A stretch of 63,953 nt of DNA, the filler included, from Reticulomyxa filosa (Eukaryota; Protista; Foraminifera): the NCBI GenBank assembly GCA_000512085.1. It is 12 parts of 12 records of this genome, joined end to end, with 100 filler letters (N's around TTAATTAATTAA, not from the genome) between each part and the next. Parts side by side here need not be neighbours in the genome. Positions count along the whole stretch, not along the records: positions 16,671 to 43,413 come from ASPP01024088.1; 11 more parts are not named here. One strand, written 5' to 3'. Each line of letters opens with the position of its first letter. The stretch's first letter is position 1. The translations under genes and the position numbers were made by a program. The notes under the pieces are model-generated. The model saw only the letters and a list, made by a program, of their open reading frames with translations, searched no databases and was not told the origin of the DNA. Below, in pieces: positions 23,101 to 36,720 of the stretch.

Positions 23101-26100
23101 CAGAATTAGCAGTAAGTGTTTTGACAGAAGTTGCCAAACAAGAGAAAATTTTATTACCGAAAATCTTAATCGCATTGACAAATTTCACATTGCAATTTTA
23201 TATTCACGAATCTGCTTGTCTTAGCATACTCTTACAAACATTAACAAAATTGGTTATGGTATTTGTGGAATATCCTCCTCTGAAACGTATTCAAATTGTG
23301 TCCCAAAAACAAACTATTGAAGATTTATGTGTTGCCGTACATCGCCTGGATGCAGTAGCTTTTGCATTTCTATGTCATACCAATATTTACATTCGACATG
23401 CTTGTGTTGAACTAATTCAGACCGTACAAAAAGCAATGCAACACTTGGTAGCGTACTATTTTGCGGATAAACCGCCTGCACAGCAGCAAATTCAATTGTC
23501 GTTTCCATTTTCATTAGGGCAACTGTTTGAATTCTATTCAGATGAAATTGTTCATCGGGCATTGATCAAATTTAAAAATCATCAAGATAACATCAAACTT
23601 ACTATATCTGATTTTGAGACAAACTTTATGGAAAAGTATCATAAAAATATTGAATATGATCCCACTCATGGAGTATTAAGAACATTGTTAGATCCCAATG
23701 ACTTTGCACCTTACAGTGCCTGTATGGATGTGATCGTTGAACAAATTGAATTGCTATGTGCTCAAGGCAGCGAATATATGAAATTTTTACGAGTGGATTG
23801 TTGTCAAGAAATATTATTACAAGAAAAATGGTTGGCTGTGGATGAAAAATCTGCAGAAAGAGAAGTGTTGGGAAGCATGTGCATTGCTTTAATTCCATTA
23901 ATTGGATACAGTGATAATGGATTAGATGAAATTGAATTTTATAATAGTATTTGGGTTCAATTGTGGAGATTTTCACGTGAAAATGATTCTCAATTACTTA
24001 ATACCATTTTATATGCTGTTCAATGTGCTCATCCCAGTCGATTATCACAATTACTTAAATCTTTACGTCTTTGGTACACAACCAACTTGCAACAACCGAA
24101 AGGTCGTATTAAAAAAAGTAAAATAACACAAATCTTTTTTGCTAATTGTCGTCGAGTTTGGGTTTATAATTATGTGATTTTGGCATTAACTACAAAAGAA
24201 AGATTGTGTCAGGTATTTCGACAAGAATTGCAAAGTTATTTGGATAATAAACAAGATAATGACAATCGTAAAGTTGAATATTTACACGTTGCATTAATTG
24301 ATTTTTGTAATAGTTTGGATGACAAACACTTAATTCAACATTGTAATGGTGATCCAGAAGTATTTCGTTGTGTCGCAAGAAGTTTTGTTTTTTTTTTAAC
24401 TTAAATATTTGTACGCACATACTTATTGCAATACTTTTTTCCCTCAATAACAACTGCTTATTGATTTGTTCATCCTCATAGTTGTCGAAAATATCGCATA
24501 CGCATTATATACTGTTGGAGAAGAATTAAAAATTAAATGGTTGCACGAATTATGGAATCCTGAACGACGTGCACATATCTTACGAATAATGAAATTATGG
24601 TCTCATTGTAGTACTGATAATGGATCGGAAGGAAAAGAATTAATTGCTGCAATATTTAGTAAACGAAAAGCTTTGCGAGATAAAAACGCAGATCAAGCTC
24701 AAGAAAGGCAGTTACGATTGCGGATATTGCAGTTAGAATATCAAGCATTTCGCGCAGCTACGGCAGTGTTAGCTTTGGGTCCTGCTTTACCAAAAGAGGA
24801 TATATTGCCAAAAGAGGATTCAAAAGAATTATCATGGTTTCAATGGGCAGTGGAAGGACAAAAAGGAGGTATTCCATCGTTAAAATATCTAATGAGGAAC
24901 TATTATGCTTTGATTTTGAATTCAGTTTTAGCAATGTTATATTCGGAATTGGCCCGTGGTGGCTATGGTAATGCCAAGATTTTTTTGACGTAATTGTATC
25001 CTTAGATTTGCCTGAACAAATAAATGGTGGTGGAGGAGATAATGGTGATGACGAAAAGTCAAATGAATTAAATTCAACAGATATAACCAAACAATTAGTG
25101 GTGTTTTGTCTACTATATTTAATTCCATTTGTTGACAAAGAAGTATTGATGGGTGGCAAAACAATTGCCCAACATCGACGAGATACTTCTTCTTTGGTAA
25201 CATTTCGAGGTGTTCCTACTGATAATTACGGTGCAACATATGCTTTGTCATTACCGGTTAATTTATCAACCAAAGATATTCAACAAGCAGTATCATATGC
25301 TGAAGAAGAAGGAAGTCAACATATCGTACGTCCAAGACTTCTTTCTCCAGTGTTAATTTCTCGTGGAATGGCAGCACAATCACGCGAAAATACGAGTTCA
25401 ATTGGTACTGGTGGATACAATCGAGCAGATGCTATGACTGCAGTACGAGTTGCTGATGATATTATGCATGCTATTAATATGAGTCGACGGTCATTTGCAT
25501 TATTTTATAAATTAGCAAAAAAAATATGTCGTTCAGATGAATCATTGGATCGACTATTTGAACTTCGTATGGGTTTACAGTCATTAGATATTCGAGATGT
25601 AAGACATAATGCAATGCAAATTTCGGTGATATTTGCAAATGCTTCTGCCACTGAAATGTCACATGATATTGTTGATGAAATTTTAACTACTTTGGAAAGA
25701 ATGACTGCTCGAATGCATCAATTTGAACAACAAGGTATATTAACATCTACCTTACAAGATAATCATTTAACATTGACGAGCAATTTATTGCAAATTGCAT
25801 TACCGTGGTTTGCCAATGCTCCTTTACATAGCTGTAATGACTCAGAGAAATATATGGAAAGACTGTTAAACTTAACATTAAAATTTGGACATGAAGGTAA
25901 ACCGGAAATTGATACACAATTTCATCGCGTATGGCATGCTGTATTAACAAGTAATACCACATTAATGTCCCATCCAGAACCTAAAAATATTGATACTGCT
26001 ATAAGATTTTTAATTCGTACTGTAATTGGTCGTTATGAAGGTTATAGACAAGATTTGAAAGATATTGATGGATATGAGCTACAGGCCAAACAAGCATTAC

Positions 26101-29100
26101 AAGACGAAATGGAAATGCAAAATAGAAATAAATCAAAATCGATATTTGGCGGAAAAAATAAATCATCCAAAGAATTTGACACAACTAATGCATCTCAGAA
26201 TTTACAAAAAGTGGACGAAATGCGTAGAGCTGTTCTCACACCAGAACAATTCATTGTTATGTGTGAAAATATTTTACGTCAAGTATTTGTTACACATCCT
26301 GAATCTGTGTTGTGCAGTTTATTACAAATTATTAATGTTGGTTGCGGATTAGGTGGGCATGTACTGCCTAATGCTGATCATATTCAAATTACTCAAGACA
26401 ATGATGGATATACTGATAGCTCGTTACAACTAGGAGGAGAACCATATGCGCATTTAGTTACCGAAATTGTGATTCGATGGTTGACATCACTTGTCACAAG
26501 GAGTTTAGACTTGAATGTTTTTGAATATAAATATATATGTACACACGTATTACTATGTTGTGATATCAACAATAGACATGCAAAGACTTCGTTGCACACT
26601 TCCTGTAATTATGACACATTCTTTATTGTTTTTATCTAAGCCAATGGAACAATTTGCCAATCCAAATTCAGAATTATTATCTCATTTATTTGTTTCATTG
26701 TTACCACCACGTATTGGTATTGATGATGAAGTTGTACAATTGGCCATGTGGCTACGAGATCGTAGAACTTATCAATTTCAATGGAGCGAACATCCTATCA
26801 CCGATTTTGAACCTTGGACAACTGATCTAATTACTACTGAAGTAGAATCTTGTTTTGTGGAAGGTGGAGCACGTTTGAATTTACAAAAATGGTTTGCTCG
26901 AAAAACGACAATCTACATTGATGATTTTGCTCGGTTACTTTACGCATGTTTTAAAGTACGTTATGGCACTAAAGAAGCAATCAATGCCTGGGGAATGCGC
27001 TGTTTACAATGGGCAACTGTAGAAGTTGATCCCACAGAACATGGCACTGTGTTTAAAGCAAGACAAATGGCTAGTCGAGCATTACGATTATATTGTATTA
27101 TTGGTGAACCACTAACATTAAAAGTAGTTTCGTTGGTATTGCAAACAATTATCCGAGGATTAAAAACAAGTCAAAAATTTTGGAGTACTTATCCTCCAGA
27201 ACAAAGATATTCACGTGCAGATAATGATATTTTACTTGCTATTCGTGGTATTGAAACTTTAACTGTTATTGTGCAAACCAAAAAAGAGTGGTCTAAATCA
27301 TTATTTCGTGTTATTTTAGTAATATTTTGGATTGCTTTGTCCTTACTCCAATGTCGAGTTGCAACAGTACAAGTCGCTTCTCGAAAACTTTTGCATCATA
27401 TTATGACACATAAAAAATGGATTACATGGCTATTTCAACATTCCAAAACATCAGATGGAACACGTGTTCGTAAAGATAGCGCATCTTTGACATTATTTTG
27501 GGATTTATATAAACTATTCCAACCTAATTTTCAAGGTATTCAAGAACGTTTAATTTCAGCATTGATTTACAGCGTTGGAGAATCGTCACCAGTACCATTA
27601 TCTGTGGATGTTATGATGATATTGACATGTTGTTGGTTAGTTCGTTGTGATGTCTTGCATGACCGTAATTTGTATTCGCGTTTACCTGCAAACATTACTT
27701 TCTTTTTGCCTTATGCATGTACTGTGTTGCATTCACAATACTTTTCTATGGACCAATTGGGACATCATACTGGAGTAGCAAATAAAAAAATTCAAAAAAC
27801 GAGATGATGTTATGCCAATATCTTCAGAAGAAAATAACAATGCAGAATTATTGCAGATAACTGAAGATGATGATGATGATGACGAATTAGATACTGTGGA
27901 TCCTATTGAAAGAGCAGAAGTTTTAAGAAAGCGTGCTGAGACAGGAAGAAGATTACGAGAAAGAAATGCTAGATTATTCACATTATTGGCATTATATATG
28001 CAACAAAATATCTTAGAAGATAAAAATGGGGAAAATATTAATTTACAAGAAATTGACTTTGATAATCAAGATCATTTGCTCAAATATCCGTTACCCAATT
28101 GGTCCAAAATTGATCAAAATTTTAGAGCTACTTATGTTGCCATTTATGATGTAATGATGCATATTGCCACCACATTAAAAGCATGTTTGACTTCAGAAGA
28201 GCCTTCAACTCATCGTGCTTTGGGTGATTTTTGTCAGGCATTGATTGATTTATTTATTCCAACTCAAGCAGCCACTCTAGCTCGTGTGTTCGCCGTATGT
28301 CTAGATGTTGGTGATGATTTACAATTATTGGGATGTATTCAAGCACTTCGATTATTTGTTCCACGATTGCTTAAGCAATGCAAGCAATTAAATGTCTTCC
28401 AAGAAGTCATTGCAGTTTTGACTCATAAGAGAATACTTATTTCATCTTGTGACAACAAAATGAACTTTTTTGGTTTTGGCTAAAAATTCAAAAAAACAAA
28501 AATAGTGTTTTGATGACACATTTGCGCGGTGTGTGGCCTTAACGTCTTCTGATAACGACGCTGTTGCACAAGCCGCCCATGAGTTTGTATTGTTATTAAC
28601 CAAAAATGAATACAAAATTACACAACACAAATCGCGTGTTATGGTAATTTCTATTTCTCTTTATTTGTGATATAATTTATATGATTAAATGTAATATTTT
28701 ATGTTTACATAGCAAAATAATATGTATCCTGCATTTAAACGTGAGGCTGATATATTTGAAGATGGTATGACTTCTACTCTCACTAATTTATCGCAGATTT
28801 TCGACAAAGCCAATCAAATAAACGCAAAGTATCCAGATGAAATCAAAATTGATTCTAAAGTTTTTTGTTTTTTCTCCCAATGTTAAAAAAGTATCAAAAA
28901 AAGTGAAAAAAATGTATACTTGACAACAGTTGAATCGTTTGCTAATGATGGAGCCAAAAGATGTACGTATGGAGCCAAGTTCACCACATGGAGGAATATC
29001 AAAATCTCAACGATCATTTTCCAGTGCTCAAAAATCACCACAACAAAGTCCGTTGGTGCAAAGAGAACCTTCCAAAGATCAAATGTTAAAACCGGCACTT

Positions 29101-30738
29101 CATCAGATGCAAGAAAGTAGTTTGTCAGATCTTGATGGTATGGACAGTGATCGAAATCTCAAAATTATGGTCAGTGAAGGCAATCTTTTGGCAAATGGCA
29201 ACAATGCTAAAAAATCGTCTATGAAACTCAAACAATCTCAAAAAAAAATCGAAATGGAGAAAAAAGAAGAAATCGATGAAAAACAATACCAAAGTTTCTA
29301 AACAAAAAAACATGAGTCAATAAAATATAACCACACACAACATATACAATAACATATTAAACAGCTGAAGTGATGCGAAAGATTGCAGGAGTTGGAGGAA
29401 ACTCCAATGTGGATGGAACTCACTCAAGGGTTCATACTTTAGGCGGGGCTCAATTGCAAAAAATGCAACAAGAGCATAATATTGAATATGTGGATGAAGA
29501 TTCGGAAAAACGAGATGATGAAGAGGAAGAACAAGATGAAGAAGAACACGAACAACAAGAAGAACAACAATCCAATAAAGATAAAGATAACAATCTGGAT
29601 CAATCATATACACAAGGGCCTATGATCAAAATTGCTTCATATAAACAGCAAGATATGTTGGAACAAGGGGGTATTATGCCAAGTGCTAACCGTCAATTGC
29701 GACAACAGGCATTAGATGAAACACCTCCAGTAATAAAACCGAGACCTAGCAAAAGTGTTCGTGAGCTTGAGAAAGAAAAAGAAAAACTTAAAGAAAATGA
29801 TGAGATACTGCTAAGAAAAAATACCGAAAATCGTAGCAATAGCGATGCAAAAAGACCTTCCAAACCTGCATCTCCAAAAGTTGTCGTTGAATTAGTTTCA
29901 AGCAATGATAACAATGTTGACAATGAAATGGACATCGAAATTCCACCAGCAGATTTAACGGAACGTAATTCTGCTGCACGGCCAGCGTATGTGGAAACTG
30001 GTGGAGATCAAGGTGAAGACGCGGTACCTCAAGGTGTGCTCATGAATACAGATGGCAGTGTTGCAAATTTGAAAGCGTCTGATAAGCCAATGCCATCTTC
30101 AACTAGCAAAACAAATATTCCTCAAAATATAAAAAGCGAGCCTGTTGAATCTCACGATAATGATCAAAATATACCTGTAGGCGATTTATCCACATTTTTG
30201 GAAGATACCACATTACTTCGAATTTTATTGAAACATTTGAAAAAGTTATTTAAAATTGTTTTTGATTTTGCTTTTTTTATATTTATATGTTTGTTATGTT
30301 ACATGTCTAGAAAAACCGCGGATTACAAATTATTGGAGTTTTATTTGATGGCGAATCAGTTTAAGACTTTTACCCAAGATCCCACCTGTAATCCTAAAAC
30401 ACAAAGAGACAACGCCAAATTGATTATTGAGACATTTTTCTTAGTTACTTTTTGCTATTATTTGTTTTGGCAGTTTTTATAGTATATTATAAATGCAAAT
30501 TGTTTGTGATGAATAGCCGGAAAGTCCAAAATTTTTAGAAACAATTCAAGGAACAACACGACATGACGCAATGAAAGTATTTGTACAAACAAAAAAGAAT
30601 GATATGTTGCCTGCTGATTTATTAGATAAAGCAAAACAAGAAGTAAAATCAGATATGATCTCACGCGTGTTTCCTGATTTTATGACTTCAGAGAGATATA
30701 AACGTCTTGTTGAAGAAGGTACAATTCGAATGCCTTAA
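20184..30738 (+). CDS. Furry/Tao3/Mor2-like giant HEAT/ARM scaffold with C-terminal RGS domain (~14 introns, ~3,100 aa; start approximate)
   Basis: CVRLFVHLCAQHLEFA, HRLDAVAFAFLCH...IRHACVELI and WGMRCLQWA...MASRALRLY parallel Furry N/mid/C motifs. The reading frame is continuous through GT-AG introns to LSTFLEDTTLLRILLKHL...LLEFYL...AKLIIETFF...VFPDFMTSERY (RGS). Confidence 0.82.
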
Positions 30739-31419
30739 AATAGGTTTTAATAAATAATTACTTATTTTTTTTCCCTGAATGTTTATATTACTCTATCATT
30801 TTTTTTTTGGATTTAATTTGTTTGATTTGTTGCGTGTGATTACCTCTGCTTTCTCCTTTTAAGTTTGGTCGAATAAAAAATGTTGGAATTTTTTGGAGAG
30901 TGTGCATCTCTATCATTTATTTATCTCAGGGATGTAAATTTTTTTTTTATACCTCTTTCTCTTTTGTCTCATTTGATTGATAGTGATAAGATATTTGAAT
31001 GGTTTTGTTCTAACACATTTTAATAATCTCTTCTGTCCTGTTTAGATGAATCCGAAATGTCTTTCTTTTTTTGTTGAAATGTTTAAACAACAAAACAATT
31101 TTTTTTTGTCATTGGTGGAAACGTACATCATATCGAACCACTTTCATATATGTTTCAAGCTAAAAACTTGTTACAAAAGCGCGGCTTCCGTGCAGTCTCC
31201 AAAAAAAATGCGAGGAAATACAGAGATTGAAAAAAAAACAAATTGTAATTGCTCCTTTTCACAATAACAAAAGAAAAAGCTGTTTTTTTCGGGGATGACA
31301 AGTACTGACATTTTGGCAATTCAAATTAAGGCCCAATCAAAAAACCACTTTGCTCATTTGTAATTGCCAATCTAGACACCATCAAAAAGAAAAGACAAAA
31401 GAAAAAAGAGTACGCGTGA

Positions 31420-32875
31420 TTAATTGCTGTTGGTTTCTGTAGTTTGAAGATTTTGGTCGGGATTTGTAGCGAGCGCCAAATCATTATCAGGATTATCGTT
31501 TCCTTGGTCAGTCCCTTGATCTTCCATTTTCTGTTTCACCAGCAACTGTTGCTGTCGGTAATTTGCATATTTCGGAATTTGATTAAACGTAAACATTTCG
31601 ATTTCACGCAGCAAAAACAAATCCAATCTCGTAGCCTCTTCGATCGTTCTCATACATTCTCGTTGGCGCGAGCGGCTATTCCTATGGTAAACTTATATAC
31701 CGACAAACCAAAAAATGCAATGTGATTGAACGACACATGGAATAGCCAAGCAAAAAGAGTGAAACTGAAACTTACATAAAATTTGTTTTAAAATTCTTGG
31801 CATATGCTTTAAGATCGATTGTGGAGTAGAAACTTTTTGTTCTCCCCAGTCGCCATCATCAATATGATAGCCAACATCAATCAAAAATGAAAAAGTATCC
31901 AGTGCTTGTCTAGCATCCCATGGTGAAGTTTTTACAATATGGCTGTTGTAATCTTTAGCAACATCGGTTAAGCGTCGAGCAGCTAAGTGTAACGGGCTGT
32001 GAATATTACGATATCTGCCAATCCATCTTTTTTTTTATATTTATTTATTTCCCCCGCCCCCCAATGATTGTAACACAACAAACAAAAAGGTGTGTTTGTA
32101 CAACTTTTTCTTCGGTGTGTTGCTCCCCTCTTTTTTTTTGTACCTTTTTTTTCTCTCTAAACACTAAACGGGCCAAAATCATAGAAAAATTTTCTGACAT
32201 CGACAACTTGAGTTCGGATGACAAATTGGAACGGACTCATTCCATGGAACGTGGACATGGGCAAGTCTACGCTAGCAGCGACAAGATCGATGTATTGCAC
32301 GTTCCAATCAGTGACACTGCTCAAGATCAGAGCAATCAGTTCCGGCGACAGTTCGTCACGGTCATGTAAATAATTGACAATTTTGCACATATCGACGGGA
32401 GAGTGAGTACGAGCGGCCTCTACTTTTTCTTGTTCCACGTACTCGGTCAATAGTTGTTGATACTTTTCCGTTTCGACAGGGCTTAGGAGTTTGCGTCCCA
32501 TTCGACTGCGATGGTTTTCCTTATTTTCGGGGAGGACGCGTCGACTGGTACCAACGCTGCCGCTGCTGTTGTGTCTTCGTCGCGAGTCGTTGCGACTGAC
32601 TGTCACATCCGACATCCGATTGTAGCGGTCCATCATTGTCGCAGGGGCGGCGGACGACACAGAGCCTTGCACGATCGGCGGCTCGACATTTTGATTGGTC
32701 GTCCGAGAAAACAAGCTGCTTAAAGAACTCCGAAGCCCCTTTGTGTATTTCCTTGATCCCTTTTCGTCATCCATTTCTTTTCCTTCGCTGGTCAATTGAT
32801 GTAATGATTGTGTCCGTGCTTTTCCAAGAAAGGGTCTGTCGTCTTAATATCCAATCGCATATATAAATAAATATA

Positions 32876-32906
<31 letters not shown>

Positions 32907-34633
32907 GGAATTGAATTATGAGAAGCAATAAATTAGCAATACCTTCGTACTCAACATCAGACAATGATACACGAGACGGTATTCGTGTATGTTGAGCGGT
33001 GGTGACTAAGGAGGGAGCCGCTTGCGCTTCCGAGTTTCTGGAATTGCGCCCGAGTGACAGTTTGATGCGTTGAAAAGGGCTTTCGCGAGTGGTTTGCGAA
33101 CGGTTCAGCAAAAAATGAAATGGACGATTTCGCCGACGGGAGAGTTCCTCTTGCGTTTTCTGTTCCTCTCGCTTCAGCGCATCGTCTTCATCCCCTAGCA
33201 CTCCCAACAATTTCGACCTCGTTTCTGCCTTTTCTATCGGGTCTGTGCCCAATATTTTGTTGGCCTTTCTGACGCTTGAAAAGTCCTCTGTTCGACATTA
33301 CAACAGATTGTTCAAAAAAAAAAAAAATATTGCATGTGCGTGCGTATGTTTTTTTTTTTTATAGAAAAAAAGAAACCTCCAAATTTTTTACGGATGACCC
33401 GTGGGGGTGGCAATTTCGTTTGTTGTTGTTCGTGCACAATATGATAGACGGATGTGGCGGGCTGCTCGTAGGCAGCACTGTCGTCGACGTGATTGAGTGT
33501 TCTCGATCTGTGATGGGCTTGATAAGGAGGTGTTTTTTTGCTGGCCGTGGGCGCGTTGTTGTCGATGTGCAAGTCATCTTGACTGCCTGCGATGGCGCCG
33601 CCAGGGCTACCGCCGCTGCTTTGTGTGCTTGCAACCTCTTCCAGCGACGGGCTGGTGTATTTGCTCTCTTCGTCCAAATGATCTTTGTTTGTTCGAATTT
33701 CTTTCTTCTCATCGCTCTCTGCATCTAATCATTGTTGTTATTGTATACATATGTATATATCATTTATATATTTTATTGATTGAACCCTTTCAGTTTAGAG
33801 AACATTCAAAACAGTGAACAAGAGAAAGGGGGAGGGGGGGGGGATTTTAAAAAAAAAAAAAATAAAATTGGTTGAGGTGATGAACAATACTTTACATTTG
33901 TCAATGTTTGATTTTTTTTTACCTACAACAGTGGTCGTGGTAGAGATTTGTGACAATCCTGCACCAATGTGGTCACAACACCTCTGATCGTCGTTGTCAT
34001 TGCTGTCCACCTTTTCGGTTGGTCCATACGTGCTTCCTGGAATTGCTTGCTTGGCCTTGTTCATGCGGTCCACCATCGACGAGGAGACGTACTCCGGCTC
34101 TTCCTCATCTCCGTCGTTACAAGAACTCAACAAGTACACACGATCAATTTCATTTTGGATACCATAAGGGGTCTCGTTGTCTAGCAAATTTGAACGGATA
34201 ATGTCCAAACTCTTTTTGTAACTGTCCTGTCAATTTTTTTTTTAAATTGTTGTTTGTTCGATTGTTTCCTTTTTCGGGAATGAGAAGGGAAAAAAAAAAA
34301 AAAGATGCTCAATTATTACGTACACTGAATTCAAATCCCTCCCCCCCCCCAAACAAATTAATACACTGTTTTTTAAATCAAAACTTCATTCGACCCTAAT
34401 ACGCGCCCCAAGGCCTTGGAACGCTTAAATTGTTCTCGGGTCACGCCAAGTCTCTGTTATTTTTTTTTTAGCTTTTTTTTTATGCATATTAAGAATTTCG
34501 ATTTTATTATGCCTAAAATGGCCATGCCTCCCCCCCTCGTCTTCCTTACATAAAGAGCCTTATCGGCATCATGTACCCCCTCCAGTGAAGGGGTTTTGTA
34601 ACGTGCAGGTAAAGCATTTTTGTCCTGTGCCAT
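31420..34633 (-). CDS. Multi-exon protein with long disordered N-terminus, ankyrin-like repeats and C-terminal box-like motif
   Basis: Start MAQDKNALPARY at 34633; HGMSPFQFVI, HSPLHLAAR, FLIDVGYHID are ankyrin-like; spliceable exons throughout. Confidence 0.7.
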
Positions 34634-35122
34634 CTTTGTGAAAATCGAACAGAATTACAAGATAAGATTATTATTGAATTATAATTTTTTGTTTTCTGCT
34701 CCCCCTTGCCTTTTAACGAACGAGAGTAACACGAGCTGTACACATTTTTTGCTACAATTGTACCCACTCTCATTTTCATTCAAAAAATTACAAAGGTGAA
34801 TTCCAATATTTTTAAGGGCTTATATGTTTCAAAGAGTTTGGTCTGGTCATTTTTGAAAAAGTTACTGTCTTCTACCACTAAATTTTTGATTAAGCTGCTT
34901 TACCATTATTTGTTTAGGCAGAAAACGAAACAAAATATGAATCATTTTTATTTCTGTCACATATGCTGATTATATGGAGAATTGTTTTAAAAAAGCTTGA
35001 GTGTAAGTCTTTGTTCAGTTCAAAGTTTTAAAGAAAAAACGCTTGAGCCGAACAGTTTAACACTCAGATTTTTCTTGATTTCGATAGTATTTACACGTTA
35101 AAAAGAAGATTTTAGTATTAAT

Positions 35123-36006
35123 ATGAATAGGGCGACGTTTATAAGGCTAACAACAGGCTTTACAGTAGGGGTTGGAGCAACAATTGCGTCTTTACGTCAT
35201 GGAGGGGAATCACATTGGATAAACCGCGACGTGTTAGGTTTGGAAAAAAAGAAAAAAAATGATGGCGTAGTAGAAGCAGAAACTAAGATAATTGATACAA
35301 GACTTCGGGAATACTTCAATCGACAAGGAAATCGTGAAATTAAAGCGTTTGATGAAATAAAGAAGCTGACAAATTCAACGTTTCCAAAGGATGCAATTAT
35401 GGTGACAGATTTAGCAGAATTATATTTTTTTAGATGGCTGATGCCAACATTAAATGTAAAGAAAGCATTAGAAGTTGGTGTGTTCACGGGATCTTCTTCA
35501 TTGGCAATAGCAAAAGGATTACCGAAAGATGGACGATTAGGTAAGTAGGTGTATGATTAATAAATAAATAATAATCTGTAATTGTGTATGTATTAATATG
35601 TATAGTGGCAATCGACATTAGTGATGAATTCACAAAGGTCGCACGTGAGTTTTGGAAAAAAGAAGGAATAAATGAGAAAATAGATTTACGTCTTGGTAAA
35701 GGTATTGACGTATTGAAAGAATTGATAAATAACAAGTCTGAAGTCGAAACTTATGACTTTGTATTTATTGATGCTTACAAACCAGAATACAAGGACTATT
35801 ACGAACTTAGTTTGAAATTATTAAAAAAAAATGGTATTATGTGCATTGACAATACCTTGTGGGAGCGTAAAGTTGCTGATCCTTCCAATCAGGAAACTAA
35901 CACTGTTTTCATCCGTCAATTTAATGAAATGGTTCGAAATGATCCAAGGGTCGATATTGCTTTGACAAGTATTGGTGATGGTGTTACGTTTGTTCGAAAA
36001 TTGTAA
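35123..36006 (+). CDS. Class I SAM-dependent O-methyltransferase (CCoAOMT/COMTD1-like) with N-terminal targeting/TM segment
   Basis: ALEVGVFTGSSSL, YDFVFIDAYK..Y..YYE, IDNTLW, IGDGVTFVRK; one intron 35541-35606. Confidence 0.95.
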
Positions 36007-36720
36007 CCATTTTAATGTGGAATGTCTTTTTTTATTCTTGGCTTTTACTAATAATGATAGGACATGGCTTTTTATAATTAAAATTTTAGCTTTTTCCTTT
36101 TTTTAAAGTAAGAACTTCAATTAGAGCTCTTAAATACATTCCTTTATAGAACTACCAAAGAGTGGTATTATTTGCTTTTTCACAATTTACATCACATTTA
36201 AATCAATAGAGTAGCGCTTGAGTAAGACATGAATAGTTGTACCTCTTTTCAAAAAAATTGTTAAGCTAATCTTTTTTTAAAATGGCTCGTTGAATTATTT
36301 GATTTAATAACAGAAAATTCATTCGTTTAATTAACAACAAAAAGGATCAATTTTTTGTAATGAAAATTATGCTCAAAAAAATGAAAATTTCTTAATTGAT
36401 CGACTACTGACATCCAATAAAAATGTCTTTAAAATGTAATTACCCACCAAACAATCACATTTTCTTTTTAAACACACAAAAAAAGACAAGTTCTTTTGAA
36501 AAAATAACTCTTTTTCAAGAGTGAATCAATTACCAACAACACTTACTGTCAACTAGTAGCATCTTGATATTAAATGGATAAGGTATTCTTTATTTACCTC
36601 AAAATACAAAACTGTGAAATACCATCCTAAAACAAAAATATAAAAATATTTCGACAGTGTTATGGAGTTTGTTGGCACAAAGTTAAGTTTTTATTTGGAA
36701 TAAGTATATGTTCTTTCACT

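Noticed and set aside
27775-27856. Apparent +1 frameshift at an A7 run in the Furry gene (programmed frameshift or sequencing error)
   Set aside because: A canonical 82-nt GTAGCA...TTGCAG intron (27775-27856) restores the frame.
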